This document shows positions 38,350 to 51,779 of a DNA stretch of 64,000 bases, in pieces. The stretch spans positions 385,061 through 449,060 of the forward strand of contig MU058423.1 in NCBI GenBank assembly GCA_013265495.1, written 5' to 3'. The notes below the pieces were generated by a model. It worked only from the letters and a program-made list of their open reading frames with translations. It was not told where the DNA came from and ran no database searches. The stretch's first letter is position 1, and each line of letters opens with the position of its first letter. The DNA is from Vicugna vicugna. Its lineage: Eukaryota. The position numbers and the translations under genes were made by a program.

Positions 38350-39179
38350 TAAATGTTGACTCTTTCCCTCTCTTCAAACCCTCCCCTTTTATCTCTCTTC
38401 CTGTTTCTCCTCTGCCCCAGGTGCCTTCTTCCCCAAATGTTTGGAGCCAAATCCTCTTCTGTCTCTGCTAGCTCTTCAGACAAAGCTCTGGGCCAAGTAG
38501 CCTTGCCAAAAGGGCTGAAGCTGACAGGAAGGCTGGTCTTCTGCTTTTATTCCCTCTTCTTCCCCACACATGGCCTGATATTAAGTGGTAAATAATTTCT
38601 GTGCTATGGCCAGAGACAGAGCTTCAGTACAGTTTCAATCTGATAAAAGGCAATGACACATTTCCCCCAGTCTGTTATTTCAGCTGAGACACTGCACAGT
38701 TGGCTGAATGGGTCCTTGTTACTCACAAAAGGGGGAAATATTTGTAGGGCAAGAAATGACCCGATTATGGCTACACCATCACTTCTAGGCAATTTCTTGG
38801 TAAGTGGACCTTTGGAGAAGCCTGGTGCTAAAAGCCTCTGTGCCCTCATGTCCTGCTTCACGGTTCCTGCTGGGCCCCAGCAGGCTCTAGTCTGTCCTGA
38901 ACAAAGTGACCAGGAGACTCAGGGCTCCTGCTCCATTGGGAGGAATCTGTACATTTCTCTTCCCCTTTTCTTTCTGCCACCCTGACTTCATCTTGACCCC
39001 TCTGTCCTTATTCCTAAAATAATCACTGAATGTTTATTATCATTACCACAAGAAATAACGCACAGTTTCAGACCTCAGAGTGCTCACAGTCTGGAGGGGA
39101 AGTAGATTTGTGTAACTGGTTGACCCAAGTTCTCCTGCTTTCTGTAGCCACACTTTCCAAATAAAATAGCTCCATCCAT

Positions 39180-39728
39180 TGTATTACATCATAATCAGGA
39201 CACCTCCAGCTGTGAGGGAGAAAACTCCACCCAAACTAGCCAAAGCTAGTTTTTATTGGCTTATGCAATAAAAAAGGCCAGGAGTAGACTGACTTCAGGT
39301 GAGGCTTGATCTGGCTTCTCCAAAAATGTTACCTGGACCAGATTTCTCAATTCTACTTTTGTCGAGTCAGTTCTGTTTTCAGACATGCTTTCTTCCTCAT
39401 CTGTCAATAAACATAGGAGCTCTGGCTTCATATCCAGTCATATTCAATAGGAAAGAGCACCTCCCTCTTTCCCAGAAGTCTGCGAAAAATCCCACCCTAA
39501 CTTCTTGGCTTTGCTTGGACCACATGTTCAAACCTGAACCCAATCATTGTGGCCAAGAGGATGTGCTGCTTTGATTGGCTAGATCTAGATCATGAGCTCT
39601 GTCTAGAGCTATGAATTAAGTGTGGGGAAAGCTATAACTTCAAATAAAAATTCATTCATTCATTCATTTATTACAAAAAAAAATATGGGGATGGATGTTT
39701 GGGAAGCAAACACTAAGTGTTTACTACA
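39180..39728. mobile_element. Old MaLR LTR remnant (MLT1J/K-like)
   Basis: Recalled motifs (aaactccacccaaactagc, cctgaacccaatcattgtggccaag, ttgattggctag). Confidence 0.5.
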
Positions 39729-40650
39729 CTTTTGAGGGTTGGTCTCACATTTGCTCTTGGATCAGCTTGAGCTGCAGCTGCTTCTCTGCTGCGTCCAGCA
39801 CAGCTCGGGACCATGTCTGAGGACAGGCGACGCAGGACTTAAGAGACAAAGAGACAAAGTAAAGAGCAAAGATGGGACCTGGGAACTCAAGATCTTGTGG
39901 ATCTAGAGGGCCAAAAGCCTGGTCGACATCATATTTATTAGGAGTATACAACTCAGAAAAAAATGCGATCAAAGCGGTGGGGCTTTAGATATTTCATGAG
40001 ATAAGCACTGCTTGCTGGTTAATTGATTAATTTCAGGCCTATCCCTTCCAGGAACAATCGCCCTCCTCAGGGTATGCAGAATTTCTAAGTCTATCCTGTT
40101 ACTGCCTCCGGGACATCTCGAGATAGCAAGTATTTCCCCTGGGTTAAACCTCATGCTTTCATGCCAGAACGAAGTTCTGTTAATGGATGAGCTGGCTTTC
40201 CAGGACCATCCATTGTTTCACCCTAAGGAAATATCTGCCCTCCTTCGTGCCCTTATGGTCAATCTCAGGATTTCTCCTTACAAATTTTCTTTAGCATAAT
40301 ACGTGTTATAGGTCATCTACTGTGTAAAACATTAAAACAAAGCAAGCATGTGCATATTAAGCAAGTAAGTGTGAATACAATATTTTAAGTGCATGGAAAT
40401 CTAGATGTGGCTTGTTTTCTAGCTGCTTGTTGTCCAGTGGCTTGTTTTCCAGCAGCTTCTCTAAACCTTGCCCCAACTCTGCCTTGGCTTGGACTTTCCT
40501 TGCTGCTGGTCATCACTCTGGGATGGCTGGTCTTCGTCCTTTGTTGCCCAAACCGCTACTAACAAAAAGACTATTGTGTGTAGCAGCTGTTCACTGAGGA
40601 TTTGGGGGCCTGGCATGGCATGGGTGGTGTTAAAATAAGGTTTGTAAAGA

Positions 40651-40738
40651 TTAGAAGTTCTCGGATTTTAGGGTGTATTGAAATCACCTGAAGGTCTTGT
40701 TCAATCACAGATTGCTGGGGCCCGCCTCCAGAGTTTCA
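40651..40738. mobile_element. MER5A-like hAT MITE fragment
   Basis: gaaatcacctgaaggtcttgtt...cacagattgctggggcccgcctccagagtttc. Confidence 0.65.
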
Positions 40739-41807
40739 GCAAAAATATATGGGTCCCTGTGTGCTAGGTTTGTAACTGAAGTTATAATGATGGCCATGGT
40801 TCCTGCTCCAAAATCCCCCTTTGTCATGTAAAGTGATTTAATTCCTTATGACCAAACCTTTCTCATCTCAGTTCTACTCAGGGGGCCCTCACTTGTCAGT
40901 GCCAGATAAGCCCATGAAGATAATTTCTCCAACAGAGGAATCTGTTTGTACTGCCCATGGAGGTCACTGACATGAAATGCAACAGCTTCTATGATAATAT
41001 TTTCAATTTTCCCGTCGTGTAGGCAAAGGCGAACAGGGAATGGTGTGGGTGAGCTGCGGGGCTCCAGGTATTGACTAGGCGTAGCTTTCAGAGGCACAAA
41101 AGGGCATGGAATCTTCTATGAGGAACAACTGCTTGACTCCTGTGTTGCATCTTGAAAAGAGAGCCACACCTACCAGCTGTGTGACCTGGGCATGTCCCTT
41201 ACCTATCTTGAATTTCAAATCCCTTATCCATAAAATTGAGAAAATACTCGTGTGTTTCACCAGGTTGTAGTTAAGGGAGGCTTATTGATCCCTTTTTCTC
41301 CCGACCACCAATCTATCACTGAGTCCTGTTCATTTTACCTGATGAATACCTCGACTCCATTTACATTTCCTATGCTATACAGGAACACCTTGTTTATCTA
41401 TTCTCTACATAGTAGTTTGTATCTGCCCATCCCATACTCCTGATTTATCCCCCCACAATGTAACCATAAATTTGTTTTATGTCTGTGATGACTCCATTTA
41501 CTTCTATTCCTACCTCCATCACCACCTTGGTCTGTCCACTACCTTGTGTCTCCAGGACAGCAGCAGCCTTCTAAGTGGTCTTCTAGCCTTCATTCTAGCC
41601 CCATCCTGTCCAGTCTCCACCCAGCAGGCTGAGTGGATCTTAAGAAAACACAAACTGATCATGTCGCAACCCCTTCCTCCCAATTAAAACTTTTCAGTGC
41701 TCTTAGGATAACCTGATTCACAAAGCCCTCATGACTTGGCTCCTGCTTCTTTCTCCAGAATCATTTAGTGCCTCTCTGCCTGTTGCTGTCTCTGCCTCGG
41801 ACACGTG

Positions 41808-42389
41808 AGGACAAAGACTCTCTCCCTGACCAGACTTTAGTCAGGCTTTAGTTTAGGTCTCGGCATTGGCCCCTCCACCCCCACCCTCCTCCCTGGGCCC
41901 TCATAGCCCAGTTTTAGCAAGAATCCTGCTAAATCTGATGAAGTTCTTCATTCCTCCTTGACATCTAAGCCTGCCTTCAGCAAGAATCCCGTTATGTTGG
42001 TTTAGCAAGAATCCCCCATCCTTTGTTTTTTTATTTTGGTGGGGGGGAGGTAATTCAGTTTGTTTATTTGTTTATTTATTTATTTGTTTTTTAATGGAGG
42101 TACTGGGCATGAACCCTGGACCTCATGCATGCTAAGCATGGGCTCTACCACTGAGCTCTACCCACCCTCCCAAGAATCCCCCATCCTTGATGTCTCCTCT
42201 TAGTAATCTTCCATCCACTGAGTCCCTCACTCTGCTTGTTGGCTATAAAATCCCCATTCATCCGTTTGGACTTTGAGTTGAACCTGATCTCTCTCTCCTA
42301 TTGCCATAGTCTTGACGTAATTGCAATAGTCCTGAGGAATGTCTCCCTTACCATTTTAACAAGTGTCAGAATAACTTTTTCCCCCCAAC
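41808..42389 (+). mobile_element. MER31-like ERV1 solo LTR
   Basis: Starts gacaaagactctctccctgaccagactttagtcaggct and ends ccattttaacaagtgtcagaataacttttt...aaca, as in the recalled MER31 consensus. Confidence 0.7.
42024..42170 (-). mobile_element. tRNA-Ala-derived camelid SINE inside the LTR
   Basis: SINE head and tail; perfect 18-bp TSD caagaatcccccatcctt (42006-42023, 42171-42188). Confidence 0.92.
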
Positions 42390-43479
42390 ATTGGTTGCTT
42401 TCCTGTTTCTCAGGGTCTTTGCTAATGTTATTCTATTTTCTTGGAATTTCTTCCTCCCCTCTACCTAAAGCCTATGCAACCTTCAGACCTCATCTCAATG
42501 TCACTTTCTCAGGAAAGCTACCTTAGCCCAGTAGAGTGAGTAGGTTCCAGTATTTTGCCTTTGTAGCATCTGTCAGGATTTGTAATTATACATTTGTGCA
42601 GTTGTTTTGATTAATGTGACTTTTCATATGTCTTTTGTATCCTCCACGAGGACAGAGAGATCATTTCTATTTTGCTTATGATTCTTATCTTCCATATCAT
42701 AACACAGTACCCGGCACACAGTAGGTGTTCTATGAGTGTTTATTGAATGAATGAATGGTTGAAAGCACGTTATATATAAAAGTACTCAAGAAATCATTTC
42801 TCTTAGTGTCCAACTGTGATAATAATCCTGGACTCTGTTGGGGGACATTACCCTCTTTGGACTATTTTAACCATCTGTTAACTCTCCTAGGGGAAACCTT
42901 GGAGGTGCCTGGAAAGCCCCGAGACTTTACATGCCCTTCCTGAAAAATCCCCTTAGGATGATCCCTCAGGAACATGATTTACTCACCTTTCAATCCTCGA
43001 TGCCTAGAACAGTGCCTGGGACCTGGTGGTTACTCAAATGAATGATCTTGGAATTGAGGAAATGTCCAGGGGGGTCCACTGACACAATTGGGTGGTTCTC
43101 AGGAGTACACATAATCCCTCTGAGACAGATGGTCCCTGGTTGGATGCTAAGGAGATGGATGCTAGTTCTGCCCTGATGGCTGCCCACCTAGCAAAAGATG
43201 CCATTGGGAATAAAGCCCACAAGGGGCTTTTCTAGGTGACTCGTGCTACAATCAGGGAAATGGCAATATGAACTTAGCGAGATTTCTTCACTGTTTCTAT
43301 TACTGCCATCTGTTCTCCAGTAGTGTGTATCAATAGAACTGGTGGGTGGGATTAGGTGGGGAGAGGACACAGCAAGAAAGCAGGGAGCTGTGTATCCATT
43401 CCAGGACCTGGCCCCACTTCTACCTCCCTTCACTCCCTCCCCTCCCTCCATGCCAAGCTTTCTGAGACCCGTCCTCACC

Positions 43480-44640
43480 TTCCATCCTCTCCTCATCCCT
43501 TTGTAGTCTCACTCCTGCCTGCACTGTGCACCCGCTCTCCTAAGATTTCCAATGACCATCTTGTTGCTAATCCATGTGGACATGTCTGGGTCGTAACTGG
43601 TGCCCCCACAGCCTTAGACACTGTTCTCCTTTGCCTTCTCTGTCTCTTGATGGCTATGATGACACCATCCTCTCTTTGCTGGTCTCCTGCCTCTCCTTCC
43701 CATTCTTTTTGTGGCCATTTCTTTCTCTTCCCACTTCACACGCTCCCCTGGGTGAGCCACCTAATCTGATGACTCAGTGACCACCTCTACTCAGATGACT
43801 CTCAAATAAATCCATGACCTGAGCTCCAGACTCCGATGGGAAAGGACATCTCCATGGCATCCATGACCCTCCTTCCCCTCCCTCTGCCACTCACTACATC
43901 CTGCCAATCACTAAGTCCATTTCTACTTCCCCAATCCACCCAGTCTGTGCACATTTCCTATCACTACCTTAGTTCAAGCCACCTTCCCCTTTCCTATGGA
44001 TTCTGGGTTTCCTGTGTCTGTCCCAGCTCTTCCATCTTTAATTTGTTTCTGCATGGCAACTGCAGTGATTTTTCTAAAGTGAAAATTTGGTCAGGTCACT
44101 TCTCTGCTTAAGTTCCTAGAAAGTCATGGGTTTCCCATTAACTTCAGGATAAGGTGTAAACATAAGCATATCCGTAATATCTCTTCTTGGTCCGGCCTTG
44201 GCTTATGTTTCCAGTTCCAACTATTGTTACTACGTTGGCCCCAGGCAACACTAGAGCTTACTGATCCACTTGAATTCCCTTAATTCATTATGATCCCCTG
44301 ACCAAAGGACCCTTTGATGTGCTGTTCTGCCTGCACTGCTTTCTCTTGGTTCTTCCAGTCCAGCTACTACTCTTTCTTTAGGACTCTCCTCAGATGTCAC
44401 TTCCTCCAGGAAGCTTTCTGTGATCTTTTAGGGCCATATTAGATGCTCCTTACCTCCCCACCTCCATTCTGTTTGTTCTCAATGCACCCTGTACACCCTG
44501 TCCTTTTCCTTGTATCTGTGTCTCCCCTGGACTAAAAGCTCCTTGAGGGCAGGGACTCTGCCTGGTTCTTGGGTGCATTTGTAGTTTGTAGCATAGTGTC
44601 TGCACATAGTAGGTATGAACAATATTTATTAAATGAAATA
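43480..44640 (+). repeat. L2 element
   Basis: Degenerate L2 ending gactaaaagctccttgagggcagggac...cacatagtaggt...aatatttattaaatgaa. Confidence 0.7.
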
Positions 44641-44677
44641 GCAAGTAATTTCTTAAGCTTTGTCTTAGCTAGCCTAC

Positions 44678-44860
44678 CATAGTGATTAAGAACAAGGACA
44701 TTGAAGCCAGACTGCCTCAGTTCAAATCCTCGCTCAGACACTGATCATCTGTGTGACCTTGGGCAAGCTACTTAACCTCTCTGTGCCTTGACATCATTAT
44801 TTTAAAAGGTCTCTTACCTCATAGAATTGCTTTCAGGGTTAAATAAATTAATGTTTATAT
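44678..44860 (+). repeat. MIR SINE
   Basis: atagtgattaagaac...agccagactgcct...tgtgtgaccttgggcaagctacttaacctctctgtgcct. Confidence 0.85.
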
Positions 44861-44879
44861 GTGCCGTATAAATAGAATA

Positions 44880-45006
44880 ATGTATTATACTTTATGGCCA
44901 AACATGGATAATTTTGAGAGTAAAAGGGATGCTATTAATAATTACATCAGGACAATAGGTAGAAACCATGACTGTCCTGTGCAAGCAGGGACATTTGGTC
45001 CCCTTA
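44880..45006. mobile_element. MER81/MER94-type hAT-Blackjack MITE
   Basis: ttttgagagtaaaagggatgctattaataattac...gactgtcc...gggacatttggtcccctta. Confidence 0.65.
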
Positions 45007-46199
45007 CATATAGGGGCTCCTTAGGTAAATAAATCATGTCTGCATCTTTGTTGGTTGTGTTTCTCCCTGTCTGTTTTTTCCTAGTGATTAGCAGCAAACT
45101 CTTCCAACCGTAAAAACCTGTGTGCTTATCTTTAGGGACAGCAGAGAAAGGAGGGAATGGGGAGACAGTGTCCTAAGAGACAGAGTTGGTAGGGCAGCAT
45201 TAAAGAAACAGAAATGAGGTTAAATTCTTCAGGTGTGGATACAGAAAAAAGGGGAGACTTCCCTCATCCCACTGAGCCCTAGGGACCTGTCAGAAGGTCC
45301 ACGTGCTTTCCTAATGGGGGGTCTGATTTCAAGGGGTCCAGCCTCTCTTGGAGCCTTGTCTGTGGGGAGTGCTTGTGAGCGCGGCAGCCTGGGATGACCC
45401 TGCTTGATATGCGTTTGCTGTCTGCTCATTGACTTTGCTGTTTTCTCTCAAACTGTTTCAGAAACATGTGGTTCCATTTGCTTCCCCAACAGGGAGTTGT
45501 TTTTTTTTTTTTCCATTACCTTAAAAGTAGTTGTTTTTATGAACTGGGATAAATACCTGGTGGGCAGGAGTTTTATCTCATGGTCATTCCAATTTGAGCT
45601 GCATTATTTCTCCTGCTTACCTGGGGAGGGGAAATATATACTTTCTAAACACAGTTTTCCTTTTCTAGTTTCCCAGACAGATGCATCATCGGATAACAGC
45701 ACCTCTGCAGCTGGCTGCATCTGCCTGGAATACCAACGGCAGGTAGTTCCGATGGTGACCGTGACATGCGAGGGGCGGGGAGGGGGAGAGCATCTTGCCT
45801 TTTCTTGAAATAAAGCCTGTTGGTCTGAGGACGTGCCATTCAGACATGGGTACCAACTCCATTCTCCCTCCCTCTCCTTCTGGGGTGAGAGAAGAGGCAG
45901 TGGGGAGAAGAAAGTGGTAAGAGGATGAGCTAACACTTAATGACACTTCCTACCTGCCAGGCAGTGGTAACTTTCCATTTCATTTAATATTCAGAACAAC
46001 CTTAAAATGTAGACATTCATCTTTCTACTTCATAGATAAGGAAAGTGAAATTCAAAGAATAGAAAGAACGTGCTAAAGATGTAACAATGCAACAGTAAGC
46101 AGAAATTTGAATCTGCTTTTAGCTGATTCCAAACCTATGTCTTTTTTTCTTTTCTTCGAAATTTTATTAATTTTTTTGATATGTTTTATTGTCTTTTAA

Positions 46200-46320
46200 A
46201 TATTTTTTGGGTGGAGGGGGAATTAGATTGATTGATTGTTTAATGGAGGTACTGGAGATTGAACCCAGCATCTTGCTTATGCCAGGCGTGCACTCTACCA
46301 CTGAGCTGTACCTCCCCCCC
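46200..46320 (-). mobile_element. tRNA-Ala-derived camelid SINE
   Basis: aatggaggtactggagattgaacccagc...ctctaccactgagctgtacctccc. Confidence 0.85.
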
Positions 46321-47049
46321 TAATATTTGTCTCCAAGGCCCTAAGAGGGGTGAGAATTTGTTTAGTGTCACAAAGCTGGCCTAGAAGAAGATTATATCTT
46401 TCTAGCTTCACAAAAGGAGGGGGAGGCAGGGCTAGACAAAACATGTTGGTCATGTGTTTAAATACAGGAGAGGAAGAATTGAAGAAGTTTTTGACTGTTA
46501 GTGATTCCATCTTTCATTCATTTTATATACATATATATAAATATATATACACACACATACATACACACACACATACATACATACAGTGTTTACTGTGTGT
46601 CAGACACAGGGTATCAACTTATATAAAGAATATATTAGAAAAGGCAGCATTCAGCCCCAGGCTTGAGGGAGACCCTCTACTGATCTCTGGGGGCTCTCTC
46701 TCAGGACAGCTCCCTCATCTCTGATGTTCATCCTTGTAAACAGCTGCCCTTGACCTCCTCAGATTCCCAGTTTGACCTCCTAAGCTGAGGGAGAATTTTG
46801 GGCTATGTCTGGCATCCCCTTTCTAGTCTGAAGCCTGGAAACCCACTCCTGTCACTGACTGAGGAAGTCACAGGGCTCATCTTGTTTGTGTATTCTCTCT
46901 TCCGGATCACTGCCTGATGCCTAGTGTCTGAGGACTCTTGTTTCATATATTTTGTCTAGTGTTTTAGTTGTTTCAGGTGAGAGAGTAAATGTTGTCCTTG
47001 TTAGTCCGTCTATATCAAAATTAGAACTCCTGATAATATTTTATTTGCA

Positions 47050-47932
47050 TTCTTTTTAATTGAAGTATAGTCAGTTTGCAATGTTGTGTCAATTTCTGAT
47101 GTACAGTACAACGTTTCAGTCGTATATATACATACATATATTTTTTTCATATTCTTTTTCATTATAGGTTACCACAAGCTATTGAATATAGTTCCCTGTG
47201 CTATACAGTTTTTTTTTCTGGTGCTACTTTAAATAGTATTAAAGTCAAACTTAAAAAAAAATTTCACTGGAATTTGACACAACATTGTAAAATGATTATA
47301 AATCAATAAAAAATGTTAAAAATTTTTTTTATATTCTAGAGAAAAACAATTGATTTTTGATATTTGCCCTTGTGTCCTGTCCACAGGGAGTGGCTACCTT
47401 GGGCATTTGCTTTGTATGGCTGAGGACTGGAGTGCAAGAGGGCAATGAGTTCAATTCACTTATTAGTTTTCACATTTTGGGGGATAGAGTCCTTCGGAAT
47501 TTCTATATACACAATCACGTCATCTGTAAATACAGAAAATTTTATTTCCTCCTTTGCAAACGGTATGTGTTCTCTCTCTATCTCTGTCTCTTCCTCTTCT
47601 CTCTCCCACCTCCCTTATTGTTGTGCTAGGAACTCTATTACAATGTTGAATAGAAGTGGAAAGAGCAGATCTTCTTGCCTTGTTCTTGATCTTGGGAGAG
47701 AAAGCTTTCAGCCTTTGGTAACCATATTTTGTTTTCTATGTCCATGAGTCTGTTTTTGGTTTGCAAATAGAATTTGTATCTTTTTTTGTTTACATTCCAC
47801 ATATAAAGTGATATTGTATGATATTTGTCTTTCTCTGTCTGACTGACTTCACTTAGTATGATAATCTCTAGGTCCATCCATATTGCTGCAAATGGCATTA
47901 TTTTATCCTTTTTTATGGCTGAGTAGTATTTC

Positions 47933-47987
<55 letters not shown>

Positions 47988-48085
47988 ACCAGAGCTTCTT
48001 TGCCCAATCATCTGTCTATGGACATTTAGGTTGCTTCCATGTCTTGGCTATTGTAAACAGTGCTGCTATGAACATTGGGGTGCAG
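47050..48085 (-). mobile_element. Cluster of L1 fragments (young 3'-UTR pieces 47050-47210 and 47713-48085 on minus, short plus-strand tail ~47265-47320, old L1M between)
   Basis: ORF 47638-47934 translates to L1-like MKYYSAIKKDKIMPFAAIWMDLEIIILSEVSQTEKDKY; 3'-UTR motifs present. Confidence 0.85.
47935..47984. repeat. (TG)n microsatellite, ~25 units
   Basis: Perfect dinucleotide run read directly. Confidence 0.97.
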
Positions 48086-51000
48086 AGGGTGGCTTTCTAA
48101 TTTATCATCCTTACAGGTATTCTCCTAGCAAGCTGTGCAGGGCAACACCTCCTCAAGGATGTCCTTTGGCACCCCAGATGGCTTCCTGGGCAGTGTGTGG
48201 TGGTCTTGCAAACTCTACAGCACAGACCCTCCATGTAGATGGCTTTCTCAGGTACCCCAGAGGGTAGCTTCTTGGTGACTTCTGTTAGCACAACATCTCT
48301 GCCATCCAGTGGGTCAAGTCTTCCCCTTTTCCACCACAGGTTAGATATCAGCTGAGGGGGCGGGGCCTCTTCCAGATCAGCTTCCATCTCAGACCTAGAG
48401 GTATAGGCTGCTCCCTATAAAAGGTTTGTGAATCTCATTGAGTTCTTTCTTTCTCTTTAGAAGGTAATCTCCTGTTATGGTTAATCATTCTTTACAATTA
48501 AAATCCCTCTGTTCAAACTAGAGTGTGTTTTCTGTCTCCTGAGTGAACTCTGGCTGATACACTGAAAAAAGAAGGAAATAAAAATTTCAGAGATGGGGAG
48601 GACATGAAAGATAAGGAAAGGCTGACTCTAAACAAGGAGAGGAGCATCCTTTGAGCCTGGAAACCACAGAAAGGATATGTGGTGGGCAGTCAGAATGCAC
48701 TTATGAGAGAAGGAGGCTAGATGCTGAGAGAGTCCTTGGCTTTGATGTTCTCAGTGAAGTAGGAAGCTAGGCTACCTGCTGAGAGCTTGGGGAGAGTGAG
48801 ACCGATTTATAAAAGCCCTCGAAGACACTTTCAGAAGACCAACCTGTACCATATTACACAGTTTTCTCCACAAGGACCCAGAAGTCCAGGCTTTTGGGCA
48901 GAGCAGACAGTTGTAGGACTCAGGGTCAGGACTTTCAAGGGCTTGGGAGTGGAAAGAAAAGGCAGCAAAGGGTGTTGACGAGGCTGACGAGAAGTCATTC
49001 GGGTTGTTGACCAGAGATCTAGCTTGGGTTTCCAAAGGCTGAGCCCCGGGGCTGAAGGAGGAGGGAAGATAAACTGTGAGGCAAGCAAAAGGTTAAAGTG
49101 CTGGAACTCAGTGAGGTCAAGGAGTGGGGAAGTGGGAGGAACAGAAGAGAGCGGGAGGGATTGTGGTCCAAGTGGGATGCTGAAGTTTAGTTTCTGAGAG
49201 GTGGAGCCATGCTATATAATGGCCCAATTGTGGCCTTCAAAAGCATGGCTGAAAGCAGCGTAAAAGGTTATTTGAAGTCATCAGGATAAAGTTAGGGGGA
49301 AGTAAGAGTGCTGGATGCATTGGCCTCAGCGATTTGTCTCAGGGCCATGGTGGGAGTTCACGTGTAGGGGTTAAGTGGACAGAGTCCTTGGCTCGTGTGG
49401 GCCAGGGTCAGTGACAGCAACAGAAGAGGTAGAGGGCAACGAGCCATTCAGTTTGCGGAGGGCTTTAAACAAGGGTGGAAAAGTCAGAGTGTGAAACTGT
49501 CAGGGAAAGCTGGGAGACTGCTGACCCTGAGTGCACTCCGCTTGGCTGGAAAATGGAACTCGTGTGGGAGGGAGAGCCGCCTCCACGCAAGAGGGCTGCA
49601 AGGGGAGCAGTGTCCTTGGGGTAAGGCCAGGGTTTAGATACGGTGAAGGGGAGGATAGAGTGAAAGTTCTGGGAGGGTGCAGTGGATGTAGGATTTGTTT
49701 TCAGTGGAACAAGGGTTACCAAGAGCACAGGGGAAAATATTCAGGCGGAAAACAGCGACAGGAAGGTGGAGAGGAAAAAGTGGCCCACAAAGGGTCTTAA
49801 AGTATGGTGACCGAGTTTTCATCCCTGTATTACAGTACCAGGCACATAGTAGGGGCTCAATTAATATGTCTGAGTGAGTAACTGAATAAGTGAGTGAATA
49901 AATAAACTCTGTTCCCTGCAGCTGCTCACTTGGGTTCTCTGGGACTTAGTTTCTTCATTTGTTTACTGGGAACGCTGCTGCTTTTATCCCCCTCGTTCTG
50001 AAATTTATAGCAGTTTCCTCTCCAAAGCCCCAATTCTTTCCATCTGGCAGAGCGGGTCTCTTATTATTCTATTCCGTTTCACCCTAGGAGGCAAGGAGGG
50101 TCAGGGCTGAAGCTTCCTCTGTTTTACAACTTGGGAGAAACTGAAGTTTTGAGAGAGCCAAGAGTTCACCCAGTGTCATAGAGTAAGACTGAGAAAGAAA
50201 TAGGAGTGCTTTCCTCCGTTCCAGTCTGTTCTGTGGCCCTTAAAGCAGCCCTGGGGCCAGGGTGAGTGACGCAGGGGACTCACAGGGAACAGTAGTCCTA
50301 CTTGGGTGGTGGATGGTCAGGATCTATGCAAGGCAGCGTCCAGCAGGTGGGGGTGTGGAGTTGCCGAAGGCTGGCAGCCTCGAGTAGAACAGAAGGACTG
50401 AGACACTATGTGGCAGCCACCTCTCATTTGGATGGGAGAGGCTCTTCAAGACTGTCCTTGCAGTCTGTGCAGAATTCTCCAACCACTACTCCAGAGGGGA
50501 GGGGCAGGAAGCAACCGGAGATGGATACTCCCTGCCTCTTTTCCCTCTTTGCCCTTGAAGGCCAGTCCCGAGGTCCTGATGATGGTGAAGGCTGCCTCAT
50601 TGACAGTGCACAGCGTTGGCAAGTTCTGAGTCCCAGCACACCCACATTCTGGCCAGGTACTCAGGCCACTCACCTGACGTCTGTGAGTGAGTGATCCTGG
50701 GGTCTGTTCCACATGTCTCAAGCTTTTGTACTGAAATATACACGAAGGCCTTGGTAAAGACTGAAAATATAAGGATTTATTATTAATGATTAATGGGTCA
50801 TTACCAGCAAAAATATGCACCCTGATCTAGTCTAGAGAAGGGAAGAGGAATTCTAGGGATGGTGAAGGTTGAGATTTTACTATATGCACTAAGAACTGGC
50901 CCTTCTGAATATATGCTTTCACCTCTGTGAGGCCACAGAGAGGATGGGTAAGAATTTCAGTTTGCCACAGGACATTGTAGGTAGGTTGTAGGGAGCACTC

Positions 51001-51779
51001 AGAAAACAGAGGCCATAAAAAGAAGGGTAATAAAATACCGGCTATTAAGTATCTGCTATGTTCCAGGCACATTACATGTGTTGTGATTTAATCACCATGA
51101 CAGCCCAATAAGATAGATATAATTATCTACTCTAACTTGAAATGGAACCTCAGGATCTGAGAGGTTAAATAATAGCAGAGAGTGACACAGATAACAAGCA
51201 GTGATGGCAGGATTTGAACCCACGTCTGTTCGGCTGTGATAGCCCATCCCTTTCCCACTGTAATGTGTGCCTTATACTTTCTAAATCTTCAAATGCCTTT
51301 CTGTGGACCTGTCTTAAACTGGTCCTTACTTATGAATCACTCAGGGGGATGTTAAAATGCGTCTTCTTGAGTCCTGCCCCAGGGAGAGCATCACCAGTGA
51401 TGCAGGGTTTTCCCTTCTCTTTTTCTTCTCAGTCTGTGTCCCTCTTCATTACTTTAGTTGTTTAATGGGTCACAGTAATCAGCACTTCTGTCTCTTTAAC
51501 ACCTTACACTTTATACCTTTTGTTGAAAACACGAGCAAATGCACATTCATCTTGTCAAACCAGGGGCCCCCGTGTCTCCCCAACAACCAGCAGCTCCATC
51601 TTGTTCCAGGAATACATTTTTATCCAGCTTATTCTGCCGGGGTTACAGGAACCATCTTTGGACACAGACAACTCACTAGTGGTGAGAGGTCTCCACTTGG
51701 GGAGGACCGGGCCCTGGGAGGAAAACAAATGCAGACAGCAGGTGGGTTCCTGGGGTTTTATTCACCTCATAGTAAGTAA

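Larger units (their letters stand above)
41300..42756 (+). repeat. L2 element hosting nested insertions
   Basis: Pyrimidine-rich L2 body ending acagtacccggcacacagtaggtg...tattgaatgaatgaatg. Confidence 0.7.

Noticed and set aside
47638..47934. L1 ORF2-like peptides (also 223-480, 9099-9284, 54209-54403)
   Set aside because: Short, disrupted retroelement remnants, not functional CDS.
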